Origin: a virus
Strand: one strand, 5' to 3'
DNA: 64,000 nucleotides
Virus record (IMG/VR): IMGVR_UViG_3300006104_000752
Span: 3,988 to 67,987 of that record
Positions 28,692-37,784 of this stretch are shown one piece after another. The notes beneath the pieces are model-generated. The model saw only the letters and a program-made list of their open reading frames with translations, had not been told where the DNA came from and searched no databases. Positions within the stretch are counted from its first letter, which is position 1, and the number at the start of each line of letters is the position of its first letter. The position numbers and the translations under genes were made by a program.

Positions 28692-29522
28692 TTAATAGTA
28701 TAGAAGGACACAGCCGTTGCCGCCTGTACCGCCAGTGCCACCGCTTCCAGGCGCACCGGCTCCACCGCCACCGGAACCGCCATTTCCCCCCGCTGTCGTT
28801 GAAGTGCTTCCACCTGCGGCGAGGTATCCGGCACCGCCAGCGCCACCAGTTCCCGTTGCAGTTCCACCAGAAAAGTTAACGCTTGACCCACCGTTTCCCG
28901 CAGTAGCGTTACTGCCACCGCCACCGCCACCGGTTAATCCATTGCCTCCAGTGCCAGCATTTCCCACAGAGCCACCGGTGCTTGTTCCACCGCCTCCGCC
29001 TCCGCCACCGCCACCGTATCCGGTTCCGCCAGTTGTTGGTGTTGAACCCGATTGAGCGCCACCAGCGCCACTAATTCCGCTAGCGCCAGCAGAACTTCCA
29101 TAAGATGTATTGCCGTAATAAGATGTTGAACCAGCACCAGCACTGTTTGAGTAATTGGCACCGCCACCGCCACCGCCGTTTAATCCGACTCCTGCTGGAT
29201 ATGAACCACCATTTCCGGCGCCTGTTCCACCGCCACCGGCAATTAGTCCTGAATAAAGAGAAGAACCACCACTGGTATTAGTAGAACCACCAGACCCAAT
29301 TGTCACAGTTGAGGACACCGGAACCCAACCCTGTGACACTCCGCCGCCACCGCCACCGGCTCCATATTGCCCACCACTACCGCCACCGCCACCGACAACA
29401 ATGGCGTAAACAAACTTAATGTTTGATGGAATTGTCACCGAGCCAGACGAAGTGATTGTTTGTCGAAGAGTAAGGCCATATGGACTTGATTGAATTGAGT
29501 TTGGATATAAATTTTCGCCCAT
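28692..29522 (-). CDS. glycine-rich protein, copy 4
   Basis: QTITSSG.V.IP..VYA.VVGGGG...GCVLLYY. Confidence 0.85.
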   Translation of the reverse strand: MGENLYPNSIQSSPYGLTLRQTITSSGSVTIPSNIKFVYAIVVGGGGGSGGQYGAGGGGGGVSQGWVPVSSTVTIGSGGSTNTSGGSSLYSGLIAGGGGTGAGNGGSYPAGVGLNGGGGGGANYSNSAGAGSTSYYGNTSYGSSAGASGISGAGGAQSGSTPTTGGTGYGGGGGGGGGGTSTGGSVGNAGTGGNGLTGGGGGGSNATAGNGGSSVNFSGGTATGTGGAGGAGYLAAGGSTSTTAGGNGGSGGGGAGAPGSGGTGGTGGNGCVLLYY

Positions 29523-29531
29523 AATTAGCCT

Positions 29532-30278
29532 TTAATAGAAAAGAAGCAATGCACCGGAACCGCCGTTTCCGCCGGTACTAGAAGCACCACCCGTAGAACC
29601 ACCGCCACCGCCACCAGAACCGCCCGCGCCACCAACGCCGCTGCTTGCGTTAGAACCAGCGCCTAGGTATCCGCCGCCACCTCCACCGCCACCGCCAGTG
29701 CTGGAAACTGTTGCACCAGTTCCACCGGAATAAACTCCGCTTCCGCCGTTGCCACCCGTGTAATATCCACCGGTAGATGTTCCGGCACCACCACCGCCAC
29801 CACCGGTTAAACCTGAGCCACCAGAAGTAGCAGCGTAAGCATTGCCATTTGGTCCACCGCCACCGCCGGAAATTCCGTTTCCGGGAGGAAGGGCAAAAAC
29901 ACCTGACCCCCCACCTGCGGAAGGTATTCCCCAGAATGAAGATGCGCCATTACCAGAACCGCTTCCACCAAAGGCAAGAAGCGTCGAGTAAAGGGTGTAA
30001 CCACCGTTTCCGCCCGCTCCACTGGTGTTTCCATTTCCACCTGCACCGATTATGCAAGTTGAAGAAACGGGAACCCATCCCATAGTTACTCCACCGCCAC
30101 CGCCACCGATACCGACGTTGCTACCGCTAGTGCCGCCACCGCCACCGCCAATTAAGACGGCATAAACAAATTGAACGCCTGCTGGCACAGAAACGGCACC
30201 AGACGATGTAATTGTTTGTTGAAGGTTTAGACCCTCTGGCGCTATTAATTGAATTGGGGGATAGATTGATTCAGCCAT
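29532..30278 (-). CDS. glycine-rich protein, copy 3
   Basis: Same terminal motifs; ends GALLLFY. Confidence 0.85.
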   Translation of the reverse strand: MAESIYPPIQLIAPEGLNLQQTITSSGAVSVPAGVQFVYAVLIGGGGGGTSGSNVGIGGGGGGVTMGWVPVSSTCIIGAGGNGNTSGAGGNGGYTLYSTLLAFGGSGSGNGASSFWGIPSAGGGSGVFALPPGNGISGGGGGPNGNAYAATSGGSGLTGGGGGGAGTSTGGYYTGGNGGSGVYSGGTGATVSSTGGGGGGGGGYLGAGSNASSGVGGAGGSGGGGGGSTGGASSTGGNGGSGALLLFY

Positions 30279-30287
30279 AATTTGCCT

Positions 30288-31076
30288 TTAGTAATAAATA
30301 AGTACGCAACCAGCGCCACCAGTGCCATTTGGGGCACCACCTCCGCCACCGCCGAGACCGCCATTGCCACCGTTTAAAGAGGTTCCGTTTCCACCGGCCC
30401 CTAGATAACCACCGCCACCGCCACCCCAAGTAGAAGATGATGCGGTTCCGCCAGCCCCACCAAAACCAGAACCACCTGCGGCTCCGTAAAGGTTGTTTCC
30501 ACACCCACCGCCACCGCCTGTTAAACCTGAGCCCCCCACGGAAGAAGAGTTTGATACTCCGTTTCCGCCTCCGCCAGAGATTCCACTTCCACCTGCCGCA
30601 ACGGTTGAGGTTCCAAAGCCAGCGCCACCAGCACCAACACCAACCCCGCCAACTCCGCCGGATGAGCCGGTTGTCCCACCAGTTCCTGCTGGTCCATTCC
30701 AGAAAGAAACAGCGCCGTTTTGTCCGGCGATACCGAATCCGCCACCGCCACCGCCACCTACAGATGGACCAACGGTTTGTGGACTACCACCAAATCCGGC
30801 AACAAGACCACAAAAATAGGAATATCCCCCACCAGCACCGACAATTGCCGAACTCATAAATTGACTATATGGGACCCATCCTGCCGTTACGCCGCCACCT
30901 CCACCGCCAGCATTGTTAGCACCGCCACCGGCATTACCGCCGCCACCAACAACGATGGCGTAAATCCAGTTAACGCCAGATGGGATTGTAACGGAACCCG
31001 AAGAAGTTATAGTTTGTCGTAATGTAAGACCATAAGAAGATGGTACTTGGTTTGACGGATATGTATTTTCAGCCAT
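30288..31076 (-). CDS. glycine-rich protein, copy 2
   Basis: Same terminal motifs; ends GCVLIYY. Confidence 0.85.
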   Translation of the reverse strand: MAENTYPSNQVPSSYGLTLRQTITSSGSVTIPSGVNWIYAIVVGGGGNAGGGANNAGGGGGGVTAGWVPYSQFMSSAIVGAGGGYSYFCGLVAGFGGSPQTVGPSVGGGGGGGFGIAGQNGAVSFWNGPAGTGGTTGSSGGVGGVGVGAGGAGFGTSTVAAGGSGISGGGGNGVSNSSSVGGSGLTGGGGGCGNNLYGAAGGSGFGGAGGTASSSTWGGGGGGYLGAGGNGTSLNGGNGGLGGGGGGAPNGTGGAGCVLIYY

Positions 31077-31085
31077 TATTAACCT

Positions 31086-31961
31086 TTAATAAAATAGGAG
31101 CACTGCACCAGCGCCACCGTTTCCACCTGGACCATAGCCACCTCCGCCGCCACCACCACCTGAGCCACCGTTACCACCGTATGAAGCAGTAGATGGGCTT
31201 GAACCTGCGCCAACGACGCCACCTCCGCCACCACCACCGTAAAGTGAAGTGCTCGATGTACCGCCAGCCCCACCAAAACCAGAACCACCATTGCCAGGGG
31301 CCAAACCACTTTCATTACCGCCACCGCCACCGCCTGTAAATCCAGAACCTCCGGTACCGGCTGTTGTTGTATTGGCCCCAGAACCGCCACCGCCAGAAAA
31401 ACCGTTTCCACCGGCATTTCCTACCGTTGTGAAATATCCACCAGCGCCACTGTAGCCATTTGCAAAAGAAATGGTAGAACTAGAAGTTCCGCCAGGTTGC
31501 CCGAAAAAACCAACTGAACCATTGCCACCAGCAACATTGCTCTGGGTTCCTCCGCTTGCACCGCCTCCGGCTCCGCCTATGGTTCCAACGCTTCCGGGAT
31601 AAGTAGCAGCGCTGCTTGAACCAGCACCACCGCCGCCACCACCGCCAGCAACAAGAGACGAGTAGGTAGAAACACCCCCGTTTGAACCCTGGTAGGTAGA
31701 TGAAGTGCCTCCGGCACCACCTGCGCCGATAGTGCAAGTTGAGGCGGGGGTAACCCAACCCATAGTGACACCGCCACCACCGCCACCGCCGTTTGCGTGT
31801 GGTCCATAGCCACCGCCACCACCGCCACCGCCAACTACGATTGCGTAAACCATACTGACGTTTTTGGGGATAGTCACCGCACCAGATGAAGTAATCGTTT
31901 GTTGCAATTGAAGCCCAAAAGGGGCAGGCAATACTGCTGGGTAGTAAATGGACTCGGCCAT
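31086..31961 (-). CDS. glycine-rich protein, copy 1
   Basis: Same terminal motifs; ends GAVLLFY. Confidence 0.85.
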   Translation of the reverse strand: MAESIYYPAVLPAPFGLQLQQTITSSGAVTIPKNVSMVYAIVVGGGGGGGGYGPHANGGGGGGGVTMGWVTPASTCTIGAGGAGGTSSTYQGSNGGVSTYSSLVAGGGGGGGAGSSSAATYPGSVGTIGGAGGGASGGTQSNVAGGNGSVGFFGQPGGTSSSTISFANGYSGAGGYFTTVGNAGGNGFSGGGGSGANTTTAGTGGSGFTGGGGGGNESGLAPGNGGSGFGGAGGTSSTSLYGGGGGGGVVGAGSSPSTASYGGNGGSGGGGGGGGYGPGGNGGAGAVLLFY

Positions 31962-31981
31962 AATGTGTCCTTAGTGGCTAA

Positions 31982-32305
31982 TTAAACAATAACAACGCCA
32001 CTGATGTGGGCGTCAATGGCTGATGCTGTTCCAGCACCGCCGGTAATGGCGTTAGAAGTTCCGCTAAGAACCTGCTTAACGTCAAAGAAAGCAGTCGAGT
32101 TAGCGGGAATGGTAACCGCTGAAAGAATTGGAACGGCTGTACCACCTGTTTGAAGGTTGATTGTAGCCGTAGCAGCCGATGAGGTGATGTTAGTCAGGGC
32201 AATGTTAGTAACGATTGCTGTTCCTGAAGCCGCACCTGCGTACAACTGCGTTGTAGTCGTTGTGCTTAGTGTACCGCGGTACATAAGCGTTGGGGTTGTT
32301 GCCAT
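31982..32305 (-). CDS. small beta-sandwich virion protein (putative adaptor)
   Basis: LY.....AIVTNI..TN...IPANS...ISGV; SD AGGAG. Confidence 0.7.
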   Translation of the reverse strand: MATTPTLMYRGTLSTTTTTQLYAGAASGTAIVTNIALTNITSSAATATINLQTGGTAVPILSAVTIPANSTAFFDVKQVLSGTSNAITGGAGTASAIDAHISGVVIV

Positions 32306-32325
32306 TATTTATACTCCTGTGGTGG

Positions 32326-33333
32326 TTAAATAGCACCCATTAAATTCATAATGAGTTCGTCTGATGTGTAAATACTTCCTGAACCGTTGGTGCTTGTCAC
32401 AACACCTTGAATGGTTATTGTTCCGGTGAAGGTTGGCGAAGCGCCAGAAATAAGAGTTGTGCTTGCCGGGATAGTTGTTCCGTTTACCGTTGTCAGGTTT
32501 GGGAGAGAAGTTGTTGCCGTTGTTACAAGCGTTGCGCTTGATGGAATTACTGTTCCGTTGATTGACGTTGCGGTTGCAGCGCCAAGCGTTGGGCTTACAA
32601 GTGTTGGTGAGTTAGACAGAACATTGTTTCCGCTACCCGTTGATGTGGTAACTCCCGTACCACCATTTGCAGTGCTAAGAACACCCGAAGAAACGTGCGT
32701 TACAGAAGTCACTGTTGGCGACGTTGCTGTTCCGCCAAGGTCACCAGAAAGTTGAATCAAACCCTCTGCCGTGGTTGTTGCACCGGAGTACGAAGGGATT
32801 GAAGCCCAAGCAGCAACACCAGAAACAACGGTCAAAACTTGACCATTTGTAGCACCGGACAATGATGGAAGTCCAGATACGGTCGTCCAAATGGGTCCGG
32901 AAGAACTAGAAGTTAGTACTAGACCGTTTGTGGTTGTAGTTGGGATAATGTTCACCCAAGCAGAACCGTTGTAATACTTCAGGTTTCCGTTTGGGTTTGT
33001 AGTGTCGTACCATACTTGATTCAAGAATGGGGTTGATGGAGACGTGTTGCTAATGTAAACCGCGGAACCAACAACATTCTGCCAAGCAGAACCGTTCCAG
33101 TAGTTCAGTCCGTAAGAACTGCTTGCTGGGTTTGTGCACCACCAGAACTCTCCACCAACTGCGCCGTTAGTAGCGGTCCCTGATTCAAATACAGGGGCTG
33201 ATGCAGATTGGTAATAGATTGGAACTTCACTGTCAATGAAAGTTGCAATACCTTGAATGTCCGATGCAATAACTGCCGAGTCACTGCTTAAAGGATACGG
33301 TACGCCAACTCGCGTCGTTGAGCCACTAGCCAT
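32326..33333 (-). CDS. tail fibre protein
   Basis: Follows baseplate genes; W.DT..LKYYNGSAW, GQVLT repeats, GGTG motif. Confidence 0.75.
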   Translation of the reverse strand: MASGSTTRVGVPYPLSSDSAVIASDIQGIATFIDSEVPIYYQSASAPVFESGTATNGAVGGEFWWCTNPASSSYGLNYWNGSAWQNVVGSAVYISNTSPSTPFLNQVWYDTTNPNGNLKYYNGSAWVNIIPTTTTNGLVLTSSSSGPIWTTVSGLPSLSGATNGQVLTVVSGVAAWASIPSYSGATTTAEGLIQLSGDLGGTATSPTVTSVTHVSSGVLSTANGGTGVTTSTGSGNNVLSNSPTLVSPTLGAATATSINGTVIPSSATLVTTATTSLPNLTTVNGTTIPASTTLISGASPTFTGTITIQGVVTSTNGSGSIYTSDELIMNLMGAI

Positions 33334-33336
33334 TTT

Positions 33337-34410
33337 TTAATAACCTCCAACGAATATCTGCATACCGGCGGGGCGGTAGCGATAGACGAAATTTACGTAA
33401 GGGGATTCACTACTTGGTGTAGTGCTTCCTGCAAGACTGAAATAAAGTCCACCGATACTTGCAATAAAACTATCGGTGCTGGTGTAAGTTGCCGAATTAC
33501 CGCCTGACGCAGCCTGAAGGCTTTGGTAGGTGTAAGAGGAAAAGTAACCAGATGGAACCAAAAGCGTTAAAGCATATTGGTTGTATGTGTAATAGTTGTT
33601 CCCACCTGAAACGCTTGCTTGCGTATTCTCCATAACAATTACTTGAGATGGCGACAATGGCGCCTCTCCAGTTGCTAATTGCTTATTTGTGATAGCAACC
33701 AATTCTGCGACAATTGCAGAAGAAGTCGCTCTGTCAAAACCGGCTCGTTGCTCAATTTGTTGAGTAATTTGCTGACGGTCAAGAGTTGTATCCTGCGGAA
33801 TACTTGCACCAACAAATTGTGCAAGCCACGGAAGTGCGTAATCGGGGCAGCGAACGATATCAACTGCTTGAGACCATCCTGGCGCTCCGCCGTAGTCTTC
33901 CATGTAAACGCTACCGTCAGCACCAGCACTTGCTGGCCATGCCAAAACAGGACTGTCATTGTAACCACGTGTAATGTTTTGAATGGTCACATGCGGAGAT
34001 GTCCAAATGTAATGCCCCGCAGGAATCAAAATGTATTCTGTTTGTCCGGTCAGTGAGTTGACCAACTCAAGGGGAAATGGTACTGAAGTGTCAATTACGT
34101 TCCAAGTTTCATCAGTGTTAAACAACGTGATTGTTGTTCCGTCTGGGCTGTCTGTACTGGTGCTTAAAGGGTTTGCTATTTGAGCATCATTAATGCCAGT
34201 CCCCGTGTAAGCGCCAAAATCTGCTTCAACGTGGATTCCAGGGCCAATGTTGTCACGAGTAAGAACGTTAATTTGGTCAAGCGTTTTGCAGGAGCCATAG
34301 AGAAACCACCAAAGCGGGTAACCATTTTGTGCGTCTATATTCTGAATAAATTCAGGAACCGTGTTGTAAACAGAGTTTGTACTGTAACTGTATGGAAGTG
34401 TGTCAGTCAT
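33337..34410 (-). CDS. baseplate wedge protein (P2 gpI-like)
   Basis: CP..ALPWLAQFVG, RPAG at C-terminus; follows gpJ-like gene. Confidence 0.7.
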   Translation of the reverse strand: MTDTLPYSYSTNSVYNTVPEFIQNIDAQNGYPLWWFLYGSCKTLDQINVLTRDNIGPGIHVEADFGAYTGTGINDAQIANPLSTSTDSPDGTTITLFNTDETWNVIDTSVPFPLELVNSLTGQTEYILIPAGHYIWTSPHVTIQNITRGYNDSPVLAWPASAGADGSVYMEDYGGAPGWSQAVDIVRCPDYALPWLAQFVGASIPQDTTLDRQQITQQIEQRAGFDRATSSAIVAELVAITNKQLATGEAPLSPSQVIVMENTQASVSGGNNYYTYNQYALTLLVPSGYFSSYTYQSLQAASGGNSATYTSTDSFIASIGGLYFSLAGSTTPSSESPYVNFVYRYRPAGMQIFVGGY

Positions 34411-37103
34411 TAGCCAAGTCCGCTGTAAGCATTGTTGCTGTTAGTAAATACCGTTCCTGTAATTGTGTTGGCAATTGGCAATGGAGCAACGCCACTCATT
34501 GTGATGTCGCTGGTCGAGTAGGCACCGCTAGTTGGGTATGATGTTCGAGTTTGAACGCTAACAACGCTGTACACGCCAGGCGTGCTTCCAATAATTGCCG
34601 CAATGTCCATGACACGAACGGTGGTTGATGAACCGTCCCAGTAGGGTGGCGTGTTGTTCCCGCCGCCCCATGATGCAGGGCTTAGGTAACTACGAAGCGC
34701 CGAATTAATCAATGATTCAACGGTTGCCGAAGAGTACGTAGGTGCTACGTAGACAGAGTATTCAATGTCAATTGGGACGTAGTTTGGATTAATGGTGTTA
34801 ACCGTAAAGTTAACTTCGCGGCGAGATTCCAAGTAAGCAATAAGTTCTGCGTCAATCGTTGTCGAAACCGGCAAACCATTTACGTCAATAGGTGCAACCG
34901 TTACGGTGCGTGCATAGTTAAACGTGTTGGGGTTGTACAAACCACCTGGCGTCCAGAAGTAATTGTATTGTCCATACGAAGGAAGTGTATAAATGGTGTA
35001 ACCACCAGAAATGATTCCAACGTTTGAAACGATTACGCTTGAGCCGACTGGAACGTTCAAACCGGAGCCAAAAATAATCTTAACCTGAACGTCCTTGGGG
35101 GAACTCAGTGTGAAGTTTGCAACCAAAGTTCCCGCTACCGCTGAAGTGGGAGAAATTGTTGCAGTTCCTGAAGCCGGGGAAAGAACCGCACCGGTCGAAA
35201 GGTCAATGATTTCAACGGTTACATCACCATACGTAGCGCCGGTCTGAGAGGCGTCAACGTTTGCAAAAAGCGTGTATTGCCTTGTGGTTGAAGACGGAAC
35301 ATCAGATGACAGGTGAGAAAGGTTGAAAATCTGCGAAGCAACAGTGAGCGAACTTCCTAAAGCGGAACCAGTTCCAACGTATTGAACACCATAGTCTGGA
35401 AGGATAGTCGTTCCAGATGGGTTGGTCCATGATGCAGAACCACCATTTGTGTATAGGTAGTTGCTAAAAGTAGCGTCTGGAATGAAGTTGTAGTCACTCG
35501 TTGCCGTTGTTGGATTGTTTGCACTCGTCAGGTCAAGTTGAACTTGGTTGACCGAGTTGTAGAAAATCTTGTGCGTCTTGCTTGTTTCCGTTGTTGCAAA
35601 AGCAATGTAATTCTGAATAGAAACAATGTACGGCTTAATGTTTTGGTAAGTCGTTGTTACGTTTGAATCGTAAGCCAATGGGTTTACGGAGTTCGGATTT
35701 GACGCCAAAATGTCGCATACAATGGTCTTTGTCCCAGAGGTGTAGGAGTAAAGAGAGTCGTCAAACTTTGGCGCTGACGAATATACCTGTACGGAGCCGT
35801 CAACGTAAGTTGCGACAGATACTACATAAGGTTTTTCTGTTGCCGTTGTTGCCGTACCTGCTTCAAGTATGGTAGCAGCCTGGTACCAGTTTTCATTAGC
35901 GGCAAGGCTGGAAACCACTGGTGCAGCAACACCTTGCAATTGCGTAATTGTTGCCGATGTGCTGTGTGCATAAGAAAGACCTGGCGAGGCAATGGTGAGA
36001 GTCTGGTTTGAGCCAGACTTTGCGGCTGCTGCGGTAACAATTGCAATTTCGTTGCCGTTTGTTGCGTCGCTAATCAAAATCATTGCCGGGTTGGTTGGGC
36101 TAATGGTTGTGCTAAACGAACCAGAACCAACAACCGCAGTAATAGACGTAGCGCCCGCGCTTGTAGCCGCTTGGACAGCAATGCCACTCAAGGGTGCGGT
36201 TGAAGAAGAAGTAAACTGCAAGTAGTTTGCAGGCGAGGTTCCTGGAGTATTGATGGTTGGAAGCGATGCTGTTCCATTGCCAAACGTAGTCCAAGGAGAC
36301 GTTCCAACGGTAAGTGACGTAAGGCCGGAAGTTGTTACGGTAGAAGCCGTAAGCAAGTTTGCATCTGCCGTAGAGAATCGGTTTGTTAATGGATTGAATC
36401 CATCAAAAGCCTGGGCACGGTATACACCTGCAATGTTTTGGGAGAACAAGGCGTAGTCGCTAGGCGTAATGGGACGAGGTGCAAGAAGTTGAAGTTCAGC
36501 CGTAAGTCGGTTAAGGAAGTTGGTTGTCGTCTCTGGGTCAACACCATACGTTAGAGAAGTGTCAGTTGCAGAAGTAGCGGTAATCAGAATGCTGGAGATG
36601 TTAGGGTCTTGCGACTGCATCTGAAGGTACGTTGCCAGCGGATTGAAATTGGCAAGGTCTTGGATGTTGTAAACAGAACCGACTCCAACCGCCTGCATAG
36701 TAATTGAAAGCGTGTTGGTTCCAGCAGCAATAATTTCGTCCTGCAAAGTCTGGAATTGGTAAGCGGCACCACCGTAGAAGAAACCAGCAACGGTTCCGGC
36801 TGGGATTGCATAACCGCCAGTAGGGGCGTTATTAACAAGCGTCCAGGTTGTTTGGATTTCTGCACTTGCGCCGGGGTTTGGTGTGATACCAACAAGTGAA
36901 CCAAAGTAAGTAAAGATTGAAGCAGGAACGTCAGAAGCAACGTTAGCGGCCTCAGCGGCCATGGCGGCAAATTGCTCAACCAAAAGAACTTCTAGGTTTC
37001 CTTCACGTGGAACCCAACCGGGAATGTTCTGCGCAATCGAGAACAGGGCCTGCTGAATAAGAACGTCGGTATCCGTAACGATTGGAATGTTTATGTAACT
37101 CAT
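34410..37103 (-). CDS. baseplate J-like protein with large S/T-rich insertion
   Basis: IPAGT, A..VG..YN, G.D.ET....RL, IT..DY; C-terminal I...PGV..V. Confidence 0.85.
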   Translation of the reverse strand: MSYINIPIVTDTDVLIQQALFSIAQNIPGWVPREGNLEVLLVEQFAAMAAEAANVASDVPASIFTYFGSLVGITPNPGASAEIQTTWTLVNNAPTGGYAIPAGTVAGFFYGGAAYQFQTLQDEIIAAGTNTLSITMQAVGVGSVYNIQDLANFNPLATYLQMQSQDPNISSILITATSATDTSLTYGVDPETTTNFLNRLTAELQLLAPRPITPSDYALFSQNIAGVYRAQAFDGFNPLTNRFSTADANLLTASTVTTSGLTSLTVGTSPWTTFGNGTASLPTINTPGTSPANYLQFTSSSTAPLSGIAVQAATSAGATSITAVVGSGSFSTTISPTNPAMILISDATNGNEIAIVTAAAAKSGSNQTLTIASPGLSYAHSTSATITQLQGVAAPVVSSLAANENWYQAATILEAGTATTATEKPYVVSVATYVDGSVQVYSSAPKFDDSLYSYTSGTKTIVCDILASNPNSVNPLAYDSNVTTTYQNIKPYIVSIQNYIAFATTETSKTHKIFYNSVNQVQLDLTSANNPTTATSDYNFIPDATFSNYLYTNGGSASWTNPSGTTILPDYGVQYVGTGSALGSSLTVASQIFNLSHLSSDVPSSTTRQYTLFANVDASQTGATYGDVTVEIIDLSTGAVLSPASGTATISPTSAVAGTLVANFTLSSPKDVQVKIIFGSGLNVPVGSSVIVSNVGIISGGYTIYTLPSYGQYNYFWTPGGLYNPNTFNYARTVTVAPIDVNGLPVSTTIDAELIAYLESRREVNFTVNTINPNYVPIDIEYSVYVAPTYSSATVESLINSALRSYLSPASWGGGNNTPPYWDGSSTTVRVMDIAAIIGSTPGVYSVVSVQTRTSYPTSGAYSTSDITMSGVAPLPIANTITGTVFTNSNNAYSGLG

Positions 37104-37783
37104 TAGGCGCCGCCCTGATTATTGTCGATATTTACGTTTAAAGTTGCGTTGTTGTTATTGTCGTATGACAAAGTTACCTTTGCCCTTGCTCTTGGTTCCC
37201 ATTTGTTGATTGCGTTTTCAACTGCAACCGGGTTAATTTGAGTCATTGGTAAATCTTCAATGCCAAAACTAGGAACAGTTGGCCTTCCGCCAAGGTCGGT
37301 TCCAACAACTACTGCAACGCAATTGGAAATTTCCTCGTAAGAATCCTGAGGTGAGACGACAAATTGACCGTATGAGTCAATTGCAACTTGATTTGTCAAG
37401 TGCGGAAAACCATAAATAGGGTTTTTTGCTGGCTTGAAAGCAGATATTGTTACCGGTTGGCTTGAGGCTCCGGTGTCATCAATGTGGATAATGTTAAATG
37501 CGTAAGAGACAACATTTTCCATGTTTGACGGAATTGTGTAGAAATACGAAGTCGAAGGAGCAACCAAAGAGTAAGTTGTTGCACCAATAGACCGAACCGC
37601 ATTGGGTGAAAGGGTTGTTGCCAAAATCCAGTTAGGAATAATTTGGTCAACGTCCTGAAGGACATAAATCTCGTATGAAGAACCATTGGTTACATCACTA
37701 GCGGCAGTCCAACTAAGTTGGATTCCTGCGTTAGTCGGTGTGTCAAGCCATGAGGCTGTTAAACCAGTAATGGGGTTGGCCAT
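37103..37783 (-). CDS. gp25/gpW-like baseplate protein with N-terminal FN3-like domain
   Basis: T..G.RP..P.FG, AI.KWEPR; N-terminal LSWTA..Y.IY. Confidence 0.8.
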   Translation of the reverse strand: MANPITGLTASWLDTPTNAGIQLSWTAASDVTNGSSYEIYVLQDVDQIIPNWILATTLSPNAVRSIGATTYSLVAPSTSYFYTIPSNMENVVSYAFNIIHIDDTGASSQPVTISAFKPAKNPIYGFPHLTNQVAIDSYGQFVVSPQDSYEEISNCVAVVVGTDLGGRPTVPSFGIEDLPMTQINPVAVENAINKWEPRARAKVTLSYDNNNNATLNVNIDNNQGGA

Positions 37784-37784
37784 C

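Noticed and set aside
28649-31834. Poly-proline ORFs on the + strand
   Set aside because: Antisense shadows of GGN glycine codons, with no RBS or promoter support.
28692-33333. Diversity-generating retroelement or invertible shufflon for the tip genes
   Set aside because: No reverse transcriptase, invertase, inverted cassettes or adenine-specific TR/VR pair seen in this window.
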